DNA of 63,775 nt, the filler included, from Vannella sp. (Eukaryota): the NCBI GenBank assembly GCA_023345925.1. It is 6 parts of 6 records of this genome, joined end to end, with 100 filler letters (N's around TTAATTAATTAA, not from the genome) between each part and the next. Parts side by side here need not be neighbours in the genome. Positions count along the whole stretch, not along the records: positions 38,110 to 55,071 come from JAJQQN010000422.1; positions 55,172 to 63,775 come from JAJQQN010001180.1; 4 more parts are not named here. The stretch is one strand, 5' to 3'. Both the position numbers and the translations under genes were made by a program. Every line of letters begins with the position of its first letter. Positions within the stretch are counted from its first letter, which is position 1. Below, piece after piece: positions 51,411 to 61,353 of the stretch. A model generated the notes under the pieces. The model saw only the letters and a program-made list of their open reading frames with translations. It did not search any database and was not told the origin of the DNA.

Positions 51411-54400
51411 TTATGGAGCAAGAGTCTCCGCTTGTAACCAGTTAAACTTGTTATCAAAAGGTTTCTGTGCAGGGCTTTTGGTTCGATAAACAGAGTATAT
51501 ATCCCGGACGTGCTGAGGCATTTCAATGGAGTCCAGAGAGTCTTCTGAAACTCCAGAGGCGATGGCTTCAGTGCGATTGTGCGCCAAACGGTGGAACAAT
51601 TGTTCCACCAAGTAGCGGCTGGAATTGGGGAATCCAGTTCTCCCTACGGAGGTCAAGGAAGTGTTTTTCTCCAATGCCTGATCCAAGCAGGCCAGCCCTG
51701 CATCTTCGATTCCGTTGTTGATAAGGATCAGAGTCCGAAGGGTGTTGTTCTGGCCGAGGAAGCAAGCCAACGTCTTTGCGCTTTCATCAGTAAGGCGATT
51801 ACCAATCTCCTTCACCGCCCAGGTGGCCTTTGGGAAGCCCAAATCCAGCATCTTCAATGGGTGCTTTGATTGGCTCAATCCCTGTATCAACGCCTCCACC
51901 CCCGAATCGCTAATCCGGTTGGAGGCCAATGACAAACGTTCCAAGTTCTTATTCGTACCAAAGCAGTTGCTGAGAATGCGGCAACCTTCATCTCCGAGCT
52001 GATTGATTCCAAGGAAGAGAGATTGAAGGGGAGAGCCCTCATTTGCTAAGTAATCTGCAAAGATCTTAGCAGAAACAGGAGTGAGCCCATTTGTGTTTAA
52101 ATAGAGGTGTCGCAAAGTAGTGTTGCTCTTCAGTCCATCCACAAGGTGCTGCACTCCCTCGTCTCTTATTCCACAATTGTCCAGATCAATGACTCGAATA
52201 GCAGTGTTCGTCCGCAGCATTTGAGCGACGTGAAGTGCCCCAACAGGTGACAGAGGGTTTCTTTTCAGCCATAATGCTGTGACACTCTGCTTGTAAGCAA
52301 GTGCCTCGCACACCTGCTTAATCCCTACACCCGAGATATCGTTCCCTGCGATATACCAAGTGTCCATGTTAGGTACAGCGTCAGTCCGAATAGCTTCTGC
52401 AATAGCTTCCGCTCCGCCGTTTCCGACAATGTTGTTTCCAAGGAGGAGTCGCTTCACTTGCTCATTCCCTCGCATTGACTGGAGCAAAGGACAGATGCCT
52501 TTGGGGCCTACAACCTGTTTACAAAGGTCCAATCGACCGTCAGGGACGATTGTTCCTCGGTCAAACTGGGTTTGCTCCTCTGGTCTCTGATTCAAGCCGA
52601 GCCAATCTAGTAATGGGCTCAGTTGCTCTAAAGTACAAGGTACCACAGGCTCTGGACGAGGATTCAACACCTCACTCGAAGTAGGTACTTTCAGCATTTC
52701 CTTCCATCCGTCTTCAGTGACTCGCCCACGCTGCACCCGAAGGCGGTGTTGATTCTCCTGGTGATCAATGAAACTCTTTGAAGCGCTGCGCCGGAGCTTG
52801 CAGATGGACGACAATAGCAAGCGGAAGCGGTCATAGCAAACCTTCTTCGTGTTCTTCAGAGCATCGCCAGAAGGATCTTGCAGAGGATCATACCCTTCAG
52901 GAATGCGCAGTGGGTTGAGTCCCCTGGCAATCAGCCGGGCTATACCGTGTGCTTTCCCAAGTTGCGTTTGTGCCCGCGGAGCTTCTTCAGCGCATTTGCT
53001 TGGCCACAGGCCCTCTTCCATCAGTTGAGCGACAGAAGCACTTAAATAGTGATTATTCTCTTTCAAAGCAGCGACGCGCGATTGATCTTCCCTCAGTTGA
53101 CGGACAAAGAGAGTTACAATCGCCTCAAGCATTGTTTGTTTACGCCCCTGGACGGAAACGGCGTCCACTTCATCCACAACATCAAGGAGAGTCAACAGAT
53201 CTCTCCAAGATCCCACTTCAGCAACGTACTCGAGTAAACTTTGCACCCCTTCGCAGACCACGAGCGCTGCCAACAGAAAGTAGAAGAATAGTTTGCCCTC
53301 CTCCCTCTGACCTTGCTTCGCGGTACGAAGAGACCAAGTCAAGGCCAAAAGATCCCCCGAGATAATCTCTTCTGGGACAATCTGCACCTGTTCTCTGTCC
53401 ATGAATTCCTTCATCCAATGGAAGACGTCATCGAATGTTGTTTGATGAGCGTGAAGGGACTTCCACCTGGCATCACTGTGAAGCTCAGTCTGAATAGTGG
53501 TTTGGAGCCCAATCGGTTTTCCTGGGCGCGAGGCAAAGAGCTTCTCTTTGACACCGATAATCGGAGAAGAATTCAATGGTGAACCATCAATGGCGCTACT
53601 GAAGTTGCGACTCTTCTCCTCAGCAAATTGCACAACAAAGGAGGCAAACTCATTCAGAGGCCACTTGTTCGGCGCTAAGTGCCCCCCTTCATGTCGATGA
53701 AGCTCTGCAGGAGGATTTTCAAAGCAAGCTGCAAGAGCCTCCGTGCGCTGAGGCTCTACTTGTTGGTCAGCTATGCCGATAATGTGGATTGAGGGGACAT
53801 TCTGGATTGCTCCAGGTTGAAGTAAACCACTGTAACGAGAGTCCCTCACTGGGAAACCAGAGATGTTAATGGAAAACCGGAACTTAATGTTCCGAAGCTG
53901 CCTTGCAGAAAGAAGTCCAGTTAATGCTGCCCCTTGGGAGAATCCCAAGACACCATCAAAAGGGCCCTCTTTCCGAAAGACATCATCAACATAGGCGAGG
54001 GTCTCTTCAAGGCCTTCATAGTGTACGCTTCCATCCTCCATTTCGACAGTACGCCACCAACACAATGAATCTCTGGAAGAACTATTCTTCTCTGTAGAGT
54101 GAGGCCCATCCAAGAACACAATATCCGCGTAATCTTTGAGAGCAAGGCGAAGGCGCTTCGTTCTGTTTCTCAAGAAGACTCCAGTTTGCGTCCAGCCATG
54201 GAAAGCCAGAATCCGCAGCTTTTGGGGAGCTTCGTGATGCTCCTCACTGGCTTGCTTCTTCTTAATGCGCTCTGCTTTGAAGGCTTTGGTCTTGACCGCA
54301 CTATTAGACACACTGTGTGTCTCAATCACTCGGTCAAGGAAGAGAAGTTGGTTATTCCGACTTTGGAAATGTCTCTCCTCCAAAGTACTGACCCGCTGGA

Positions 54401-54917
54401 GCCAGTCATTCCGATGAGGGTAGCGACCAAATCTCTTGAGAGCGTCGATGTTCTCTTGGTAGTGAAGAAGCCCATTGGAGAGGAACTTCTCTGCCTTCCC
54501 CGGTTCTGCCAAAGAAACAAGTGTGGCAAGACGCTCGGAGGCTTGTTGGAGCATCGTTAGGTCCTCAGAGTGGTAGAATGGCTCTAACAAGAAGAACTGA
54601 TGGAGCAAAGGAAGTTCTCCTGCCTCTGGAGTGAAGGCAAAGCGAGTGGCAACTTGCTTGGCCAGAGCATCTCCCTCAAACATGGATGCCCCAGAGTACA
54701 GCTTTCGGGGCAGTTGGTCCAGTAAGATGACAACGCACAGCGCATGGTTGATACCAGCGATGGTGGCCTCTTCTGAGATCGTTGCCTTGATGAATGGTTC
54801 AAAAGCCCACAACTCCTTGTTGCAGACCGCGCTTCCCTCTGGTCGGTGGCGGGACCACCACAGCGCAGTGTTAGGTGCACCATCCCCTCTGAACCATAGG
54901 TCCAATAACGCCTCCAT
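51411..54917 (-). CDS. Intronless multidomain protein: DUF924, FSH1 serine hydrolase, DUF2828/TROVE-like segment, RI-type LRRs
   Basis: ILLDQLPR..HSED..RFGRYPHRN; FHGWTQ..GFSQG..D..GGH; GSWRDLL..FVRQLRED..APR; DGRLDLCKQ followed by 28-aa LRRs. Confidence 0.85.
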   Translation of the reverse strand: MEALLDLWFRGDGAPNTALWWSRHRPEGSAVCNKELWAFEPFIKATISEEATIAGINHALCVVILLDQLPRKLYSGASMFEGDALAKQVATRFAFTPEAGELPLLHQFFLLEPFYHSEDLTMLQQASERLATLVSLAEPGKAEKFLSNGLLHYQENIDALKRFGRYPHRNDWLQRVSTLEERHFQSRNNQLLFLDRVIETHSVSNSAVKTKAFKAERIKKKQASEEHHEAPQKLRILAFHGWTQTGVFLRNRTKRLRLALKDYADIVFLDGPHSTEKNSSSRDSLCWWRTVEMEDGSVHYEGLEETLAYVDDVFRKEGPFDGVLGFSQGAALTGLLSARQLRNIKFRFSINISGFPVRDSRYSGLLQPGAIQNVPSIHIIGIADQQVEPQRTEALAACFENPPAELHRHEGGHLAPNKWPLNEFASFVVQFAEEKSRNFSSAIDGSPLNSSPIIGVKEKLFASRPGKPIGLQTTIQTELHSDARWKSLHAHQTTFDDVFHWMKEFMDREQVQIVPEEIISGDLLALTWSLRTAKQGQREEGKLFFYFLLAALVVCEGVQSLLEYVAEVGSWRDLLTLLDVVDEVDAVSVQGRKQTMLEAIVTLFVRQLREDQSRVAALKENNHYLSASVAQLMEEGLWPSKCAEEAPRAQTQLGKAHGIARLIARGLNPLRIPEGYDPLQDPSGDALKNTKKVCYDRFRLLLSSICKLRRSASKSFIDHQENQHRLRVQRGRVTEDGWKEMLKVPTSSEVLNPRPEPVVPCTLEQLSPLLDWLGLNQRPEEQTQFDRGTIVPDGRLDLCKQVVGPKGICPLLQSMRGNEQVKRLLLGNNIVGNGGAEAIAEAIRTDAVPNMDTWYIAGNDISGVGIKQVCEALAYKQSVTALWLKRNPLSPVGALHVAQMLRTNTAIRVIDLDNCGIRDEGVQHLVDGLKSNTTLRHLYLNTNGLTPVSAKIFADYLANEGSPLQSLFLGINQLGDEGCRILSNCFGTNKNLERLSLASNRISDSGVEALIQGLSQSKHPLKMLDLGFPKATWAVKEIGNRLTDESAKTLACFLGQNNTLRTLILINNGIEDAGLACLDQALEKNTSLTSVGRTGFPNSSRYLVEQLFHRLAHNRTEAIASGVSEDSLDSIEMPQHVRDIYSVYRTKSPAQKPFDNKFNWLQAETLAP

Positions 54918-55445
54918 TAGCAAAGTGATCCAAAAAGATCAAACCCAATTAATCCCCCGAGAGAAACTGAGAAAATTCCCGGAACCACCCAAAAACCCCC
55001 TCAATCAATAGAATCCCAATTGCCGTGCCATGTTCGAAATTATTTCTCACGTGCCCTTCGACTGAAAGCGGNNNNNNNNNNNNNNNNNNNNNNNNNNNNN
55101 NNNNNNNNNNNNNNNTTAATTAATTAANNNNNNNNNNNNNNNNNNNNNNNNNNNNNNNNNNNNNNNNNNNNTCAAAGAGTTCGAGTCGCAAACAATCTGA
55201 GCGAGCCAAGCACAGACTCTTTTTCTAATCTGTGAAAATGGGACATTCACTTTGTCGGCATCTGCCCTTCTGAAGTCAAGACGCTCGCAAAGCGATTCCA
55301 CGTGCACACGTGCCAAAGGTTGGCCGGAGATGACCCTTCACATCAGCACACGGCTACTCCAAACATCTCTTTCTCCCCAGGTATATCTGACATTCGCACT
55401 GTTGAGGAGTGTATTTGCTCAAAGGAAGAAGGCGTTCATGGCTTC

Positions 55446-56811
55446 CTACTGAGTGACATCGTGCATGGCAGTGGCAAGGTACTGGACGTTGGAGGAGTTG
55501 AGCCCAGCCACGCTAACGCGCCCATTGCGGGTCATGTAAATGTGATACTCATTGCGAAGAGTGTCCACCTGTTCGGGAGTCAGTCCAGTGAAGCAGAACA
55601 TGCCAATCTGGTTGATGATGTGGCTCCAGTCCCGGGTAGAGCCAGCATCCTTGAGGCTCTGCACCAAAGTAGAACGCATCTCAATGATACGACCGGACAT
55701 GTCCTTCACCTCACCCAACCACTGCTCCTTGAGCACGCTATCATTCAGAATCTCCGAAACGATACGCGCACCAAAGATGGGTGGGTTGGAGTACATGGGA
55801 CGGATGAGGGAGTTCAATTGACTGCGCACAATGACTGCCTGTCTCTCGCTCTCGGTAACGAACGTCACAGCGCCCACGCGCTCCCCGTACAGTCCAAAGT
55901 TCTTTGCAAAGGACTGGCAGACACCAATGAGGTGGCCGTCTTGCACGAACTTGCGAACAGCGTAGGCGTCCTTCTGACAGTCGCCTGAGGCGAAGCCTTG
56001 GTAGGCGAGGTCGAACAAGGCAAAGTGCTCCTTGTCCTTAGTGAGCTGAGAGAGCTCGTCCCACTGCTCTGGAGTAGGGTCTACTCCTGTGGGGTTGTGA
56101 GCACACGCGTGGTAGAGGATAATGGAGCCAGCAGGGGCGTCCTTGATGTCAGTCTTGAGGCCTTCAAAGTCCAGGCCACAAGTGTTGGCATTGTAGTAGC
56201 GATAGTTGCGTACTTGAAGGCCAGCGTCCTTGAAGAGGGGAATGTGGTTAGCCCACGTGGGGGAAGGCAAGTAAACCGCTGCGTCCGGTTGGAAACGAGC
56301 GAGGAACTCTCCTGCAACACGTAGTGCTCCAGTTCCACTGATGGCTTGCGCAGTGACGTTCTAAAGGGACGAGGTGAGGACTCGCCAATGGGAGGACAAC
56401 GAGGGTCACGCACTCGCTTTGACGCAAGGACTTCCGATTCAGCTCCAAAGGCGAGTTCAGCAGACACTTTGATCAGTTGAGGGACTCCGCCAATGCCAGC
56501 GTACTCATGGTCCATCTTGTAGATGCGCTCAGAGGCCTGTGGGCAGTCAGAAAGCCAGTTAGACCACAAGGAAAGCGGAATAAAGCGTATCTTACAGTCT
56601 GAACACACTTGAGGATGTAGGGCTTACCCTTGTCGTCACGGTAAGCACCAACACCAAGGCTGACCTTCCGAGGATCCGTATCAGCCACGAAAGCCTGAGT
56701 CAGCCCCAGAATGGGATCAGCTGGAGCTTCCTCCAAATGATTCCAAGCGTTAAACGCCATAGCACGGCGAAGAACCGTCGAGGGAACACAACGAGAGACA
56801 GAGCGAAGCAT
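55446..56811 (-). CDS. GOT2: Mitochondrial aspartate aminotransferase, 2 introns
   Basis: Presequence, [37 protein letters not shown]. Confidence 0.96.
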
Positions 56812-56904
56812 GTTCCAAAGCGGAGGCGGAGAGCAACTGACCGCAAAGCACTTCTTTCTTGTTATCACAAAAAAAAGGGCGAAAGGATAGAAATTGGCAT
56901 TTTA

Positions 56905-58649
56905 ATGCTTTCTGGAAGGTTTGGTTAGACTGGCTCATTTTTTCACGTCATCTGACCGTCTGGCGCTTGCACACAGGAAGGCTCTCGATTCCCGCAAGCT
57001 ATCCAAAGTGAAGGCCTTCTTGAAGGCTCATCCGGATATGCTCAACGATCCTTGTAACGTGCGTTTCCTTCCTCCGCTTCAGTCTCCTTCGTTCTTTCTT
57101 TCCTCTTTCCTTCCTCCTTGGAAGAGGCGGGAGGGGTGAACGATTGAAATGGAGGGTGCTTATATACTCACTTGATTGGGATGTGCAGTGGGTACGTCGA
57201 AGGTGAAAGGAGAAGGGAAGAGAAGGAGGGAGCTCCTTACGAGACGGGACGCCTTTAGCAAGTAGGTCCCCTCCATGGGAAATCAGAATGATTGATTCAC
57301 CACAGGGAATGGTTTTAGCCTGTGAGTGACTCCACGCAAAGAAGGATCCGTTAAGGGAGCTGAGGAAAGGGGATTTATGTAGAATGTAAGTCACTGGCTT
57401 TGTCCCGGAGTCAGGTTCTTCGCTGATGAGTAATGGTAGATGGTATGTGTCTGAATTGGAATTTTCATGGGTTGATCAAAGGAGCCGTCTGACCGAATCA
57501 CAGAGGGTGAGAAGATGACCCACTCGGAGACCGATGAGAGACGATGACTGACCCACCCAATACGAATCATGCAGACCGTATGAAGTCCATCTCTAATTCT
57601 CCTTAGAACTAACTCGGGACCCTAGTTAGTAGGGAAAAGGCCTTTTCAGGGAACCTGTCTCACCAAAAGTGTCTTTTAGGACGTAGGTTCATCCCCCCTC
57701 TTAAGTGAGAATAGCGCGCATGAAACTCACTGAAATGAAATGCAGAGAGTAAGCCTGACAATGTGCACATTGAAGCGAAGGAGTCTCAAAGGGAAGGGAA
57801 TTTAGTTGGTAAGTGCATGAGCGTTTCCTGTTGTTAAAACTCAACAAAGGACGGGAAAGGATGTGAGGGTTTCTCTTGAAGAAATCCAAAAAACTCAATC
57901 ACCCTTTTTAGGACGTAAGTGGTGGGATTCTCTATTTATTCTCACTGTCCCAAATCCTTTCTTTGCACATTCTCACTTTGCTCAGAACTTCCTCACCTAC
58001 GCCTCTTTCTATGGCCTAAGTGACATAGTCAAGTATTTGCTTTCCCGGCGCACCATTGACGTACACAGCACGGTAAATTTCATCCTTTTTGCGGAGTCTC
58101 GAAGATTGGCATCTCACTGGTTCTTTAGATGGTGAGGAATGAGATCCCTTCAGAAGAAAATAGAGGTTTCTGGTAGTTTGTACTCTCGCAAATTACTGTG
58201 GACCTTCAACGGGTACTTTTCTCACAGCAACAAAACGTTTTAGTGGGTAAGTTTCTGGTGATGATGACGGCTGACTCATCGGTTTGATTAAAGCTGGTGA
58301 GTTGCGAGGAGTGAACAGGAAAAGCGACTCAATCGCAAGAGATATAGACGGCTTTGGATTGGGCTGCTGAGCAAGGGAATGGTCAGGCTATCGAGTTGCT
58401 TGTGGCTGCAAATGGTAGATGCAACAAAGTACGGGTCTGGTTGCTTAAAAGTAGGCCATTCTCACTCAAAAGTAACTTAGGAACGACCCGCCTTCCAAAA
58501 GAAAGTGGATGAATACTTCTTTTACAAATCCCTGGAGCCAGAATCATTCGAACCCATCAAACCCCCAAAAAGGTATGAATGACCCCAATCTCTCATGCTA
58601 AAGGTTAGGAGTTCTTACCCCAATTGATAGCTCTTGCAATGTGTCCTAA
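56905..58649 (+). CDS. Small ankyrin-repeat protein (up to ~141 aa) with two arrays of 3-nt microexons and a C-terminal CaaX-like motif
   Basis: Exons 56905-56918, 56977-57058, 13 x 3 nt (57189-57914), 57986-58072 (NFLTYASFYGLSDIVKYLL), 4 x 3 nt (58129-58296), 58348-58428 (TALDWAAEQGNGQAIELLV), 58481-58572, 58631-58649 (SCNVS*); first exon and last acceptor are least certain. Confidence 0.82.
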
Positions 58650-58915
58650 AATGCAGATGAATGGCGTTGTCGGCTGACTTCCAGAATACATTTCCGATTG
58701 AGCGAGCTGCAGGGCCAAATCTGAAGGTGGCGTTTGACCCGTGACGGTTTTCTTTCTTTTTCGTCGTTCTAACGCCTGGAACGGTCTCTGCTTCTTGTCA
58801 ATAACCCTATGCGGCTGTTAATTAGTTGCACCGCACACAGCTTCCTCAGACTCTATCTCTCGAATGCGCACTACAACAATGCTGTTCTGCTTCTCCGGTA
58901 GCAGTCCAGTGTGCC

Positions 58916-59864
58916 TATGACGGAGTCTCCAGGAACGGAGACGTGTCTCTACTGTGGATTGCCGAAGATGGGAGAGCGGGCTGCAAAGCAGAAAGTAGGG
59001 AGTTAATGAAATTTGGTTGCGGATCGACCGGCGGCGTGGTTCATTCCGAATGAGGGAAGATGCGCGCGAGAAGACTCCCTCAAAAAGTGATTCGGACGGC
59101 TTCTGAGTCCGAGTTGTCCAGCAGTGTTCGATCCAAAGACCAGCAGGCCGCCTTCCTGTGGGAACGCCAATGAATGGCTCCTGCCTGCAACCAGCGCACA
59201 AAGGGTTGAGAGTGGGTTGGGTACCGGCGGAATGGTCGCCATCCCCAATTGCCCTTCTCCACCCCATCCCCAGACACCGCCGTTCTCATCGAGAGAGCGT
59301 CCCATTGCAGTTGTCTCCAGAGGAGAAGATACCTCCTTGCGAGTCGACGAGAATCACTCCATAATGAAAGCAAGTCACCTTGATAAGTGGAGGGAAGCCT
59401 TCCACTCGTTGGGGAAGAGAATGCGCCCAAGAGAGACCGGTCCTGCTCGTGCCAGCAGCCACCAAAGCGATATAAGGCAGTTCTTGAACTTGCTGAAAGG
59501 TGGGAGATGAAGAAGAGGACCAAGAGCGACCAGCCTCCCACACACCACCCTCCACATCAAGAACGAGGGAGTGTTCCTCTCCCCAGTCCACCTGAACAGG
59601 CTGAGGACCACTCCAGTCCACCTCCACTGCTTCCAGCTGGTTGTTCGTGTGTCCGAGACCGAGTTGGCCTTGTCTGTTGTACCCAAAAGCCCAAAGGCCT
59701 CCTTCGTGGGAGAGGAGGAGCGTGTAGTCACCAAAGGGCATCCCAATGAAGGGCTAGGAAAGGGAAAGTCAAGAGGATCGAAAGAGATCACTTTTGCGCG
59801 GCAAATGGAGACGGCCACGCTTGGGGAGCTGCTGGTGGGTTGATTCCTTGAGGAGATGAAGCAT
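58916..59864 (-). pseudogene. RCC1-repeat gene, frameshifted and internally deleted
   Basis: RCC1 motifs (FGYNRQGQLG, GEEHSL, AGRSHSL, FGSNTAGQLG) split over frames; break near 59290-59305 has no intron. Confidence 0.65.
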
Positions 59865-60049
59865 GTTGAAGAGAGGGACAGATGTTTCAGCCTCTGGGGG
59901 ATCGTCTGTCTCGAAGTCCGCTGTTCCGAACGACACCGTAAGAGGACAGGAGGTTTGGGAGAGGTTCTTGGAGGTAACAGGGGATGGAAGGGCGGCACAG
60001 GTGCGCAGATGCTTAGAAAGAGGTAGCTGGGTATCTTATTGTCACGGGG

Positions 60050-61192
60050 ATGCAGTTAGTGATGCGAGGGACCGTTGTGTTGTGGGCTTGCGTGGCTCTT
60101 CAGAGCTTAGCGACTTGGGAGTACCCTTTCATGGCGCTTTCAGACTTGATGTACCTTTCAATGGCTATAGGGATCGCACTCTTCTTCCTTTTTTGGACCA
60201 CTGCTCTTGCACAAGCTCGCAACTCAAAGTCTCCTCTTGGCCAGTCGCTCTATTACAGTCTGTCATCCTTCTTCTCCATCCCAACTGGAACTAATCGAGA
60301 GAGAAGACTATTGTCTATCGATAGTATCAGGTATCATTGGTCTTAGTACAACAACCCTCTTAGCTGGATCAAAAATGACGCTTTGGGCCACCATTTGCTG
60401 TTATACCCTTCTCTATCTTTGGCAATGGCGTTTGTAAGCCACTCTACTTGCAAGTATAGTGAAGACTGATGAGGAAGGAAGATACTATTCTCAGGAATGC
60501 TTCTATTCTGTTATATTTGGAGGGGCAACGGAAGCTATTTTGACTGCTTCTATCGTCCAATTGATCACGTCCTTTAATGGACCGTGGATTTGGCAATATG
60601 TTGTAGAGATTGGTCCGGTCCCGGGCCTCCAAGTGAACCACATCTTCTTCTTGGTGCTGCTTTTGTACACTTTCCTCCACTCCATTGCAGAGTACGCCAT
60701 TCCAACCATCAGTAATCACCTTTCTAAGCCACATTTGTTAGAATACGGACTGGCTTGGCAGTAAGGAGGAAGCGGGAAATAACTGTCTTTTGGGATGAGT
60801 TAGTTTCTGTGAGTCCCCGCGAACTCCTTTGGATTGCCCTGTGGAGTGTAGGGACCTTCTTTTGGAGTCTGTCTACGACGGCCCAAACATTTCCTCGACT
60901 TGTTCTGCTGGCAGTCCAGCTCTCCTTCATTCTTCTCTTTGTAGGTAACAACATTCTGCGACTCAAACTCACCCCAGCAGAACCACATCATCCGGCAACG
61001 CAACGACTACAGACAGGGCCATTTATATCACTTTTCTGCTGCTGTTCCGTTCGCTGCCATAGCAGGCTCAGCAATCTTTGGGTAAGTCGAAGATGTCTGT
61101 CATCCTCCATCGGAAGAGACTTACACTGAAGGTGTGAAGACCCATCATTGGAGAAGGTATCTGGGTGGCTCTGGTATGTGTGGGCCAAGTAG
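60050..61192 (+). CDS. Hypothetical multi-pass membrane protein with introns (ends approximate)
   Basis: Chain of hydrophobic ORF segments separated by short GT-AG introns. Confidence 0.5.
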
Positions 61193-61353
61193 GTGCGTTG
61201 ATCTATGAAAGATACAATCGACAAAAGCACAAATCAGAAGTGCCACTGCCCGGACAGTACCAGGACCCGCGTTTTCCCGTCTAAACCTCTCCGTCACAAG
61301 AATAGAGCTCACCAGGGCCTGTGGAAGGGAAGAGAGTTTATGCAACTGTGAGA

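Noticed and set aside
57121..57140. Possible extra microexon in the 130-nt first intron of the array (GTGAAC at 57136)
   Set aside because: Nearby AGs give 2, 9 or 11 nt exons with weak acceptors; not counted, although a 9-nt exon cannot be excluded
57420..57552. TGATGA...CTGA motifs suggesting intronic C/D snoRNAs
   Set aside because: No rRNA-complementary guide recognised; the CTGA motifs are better explained as branch sites of the microexon introns
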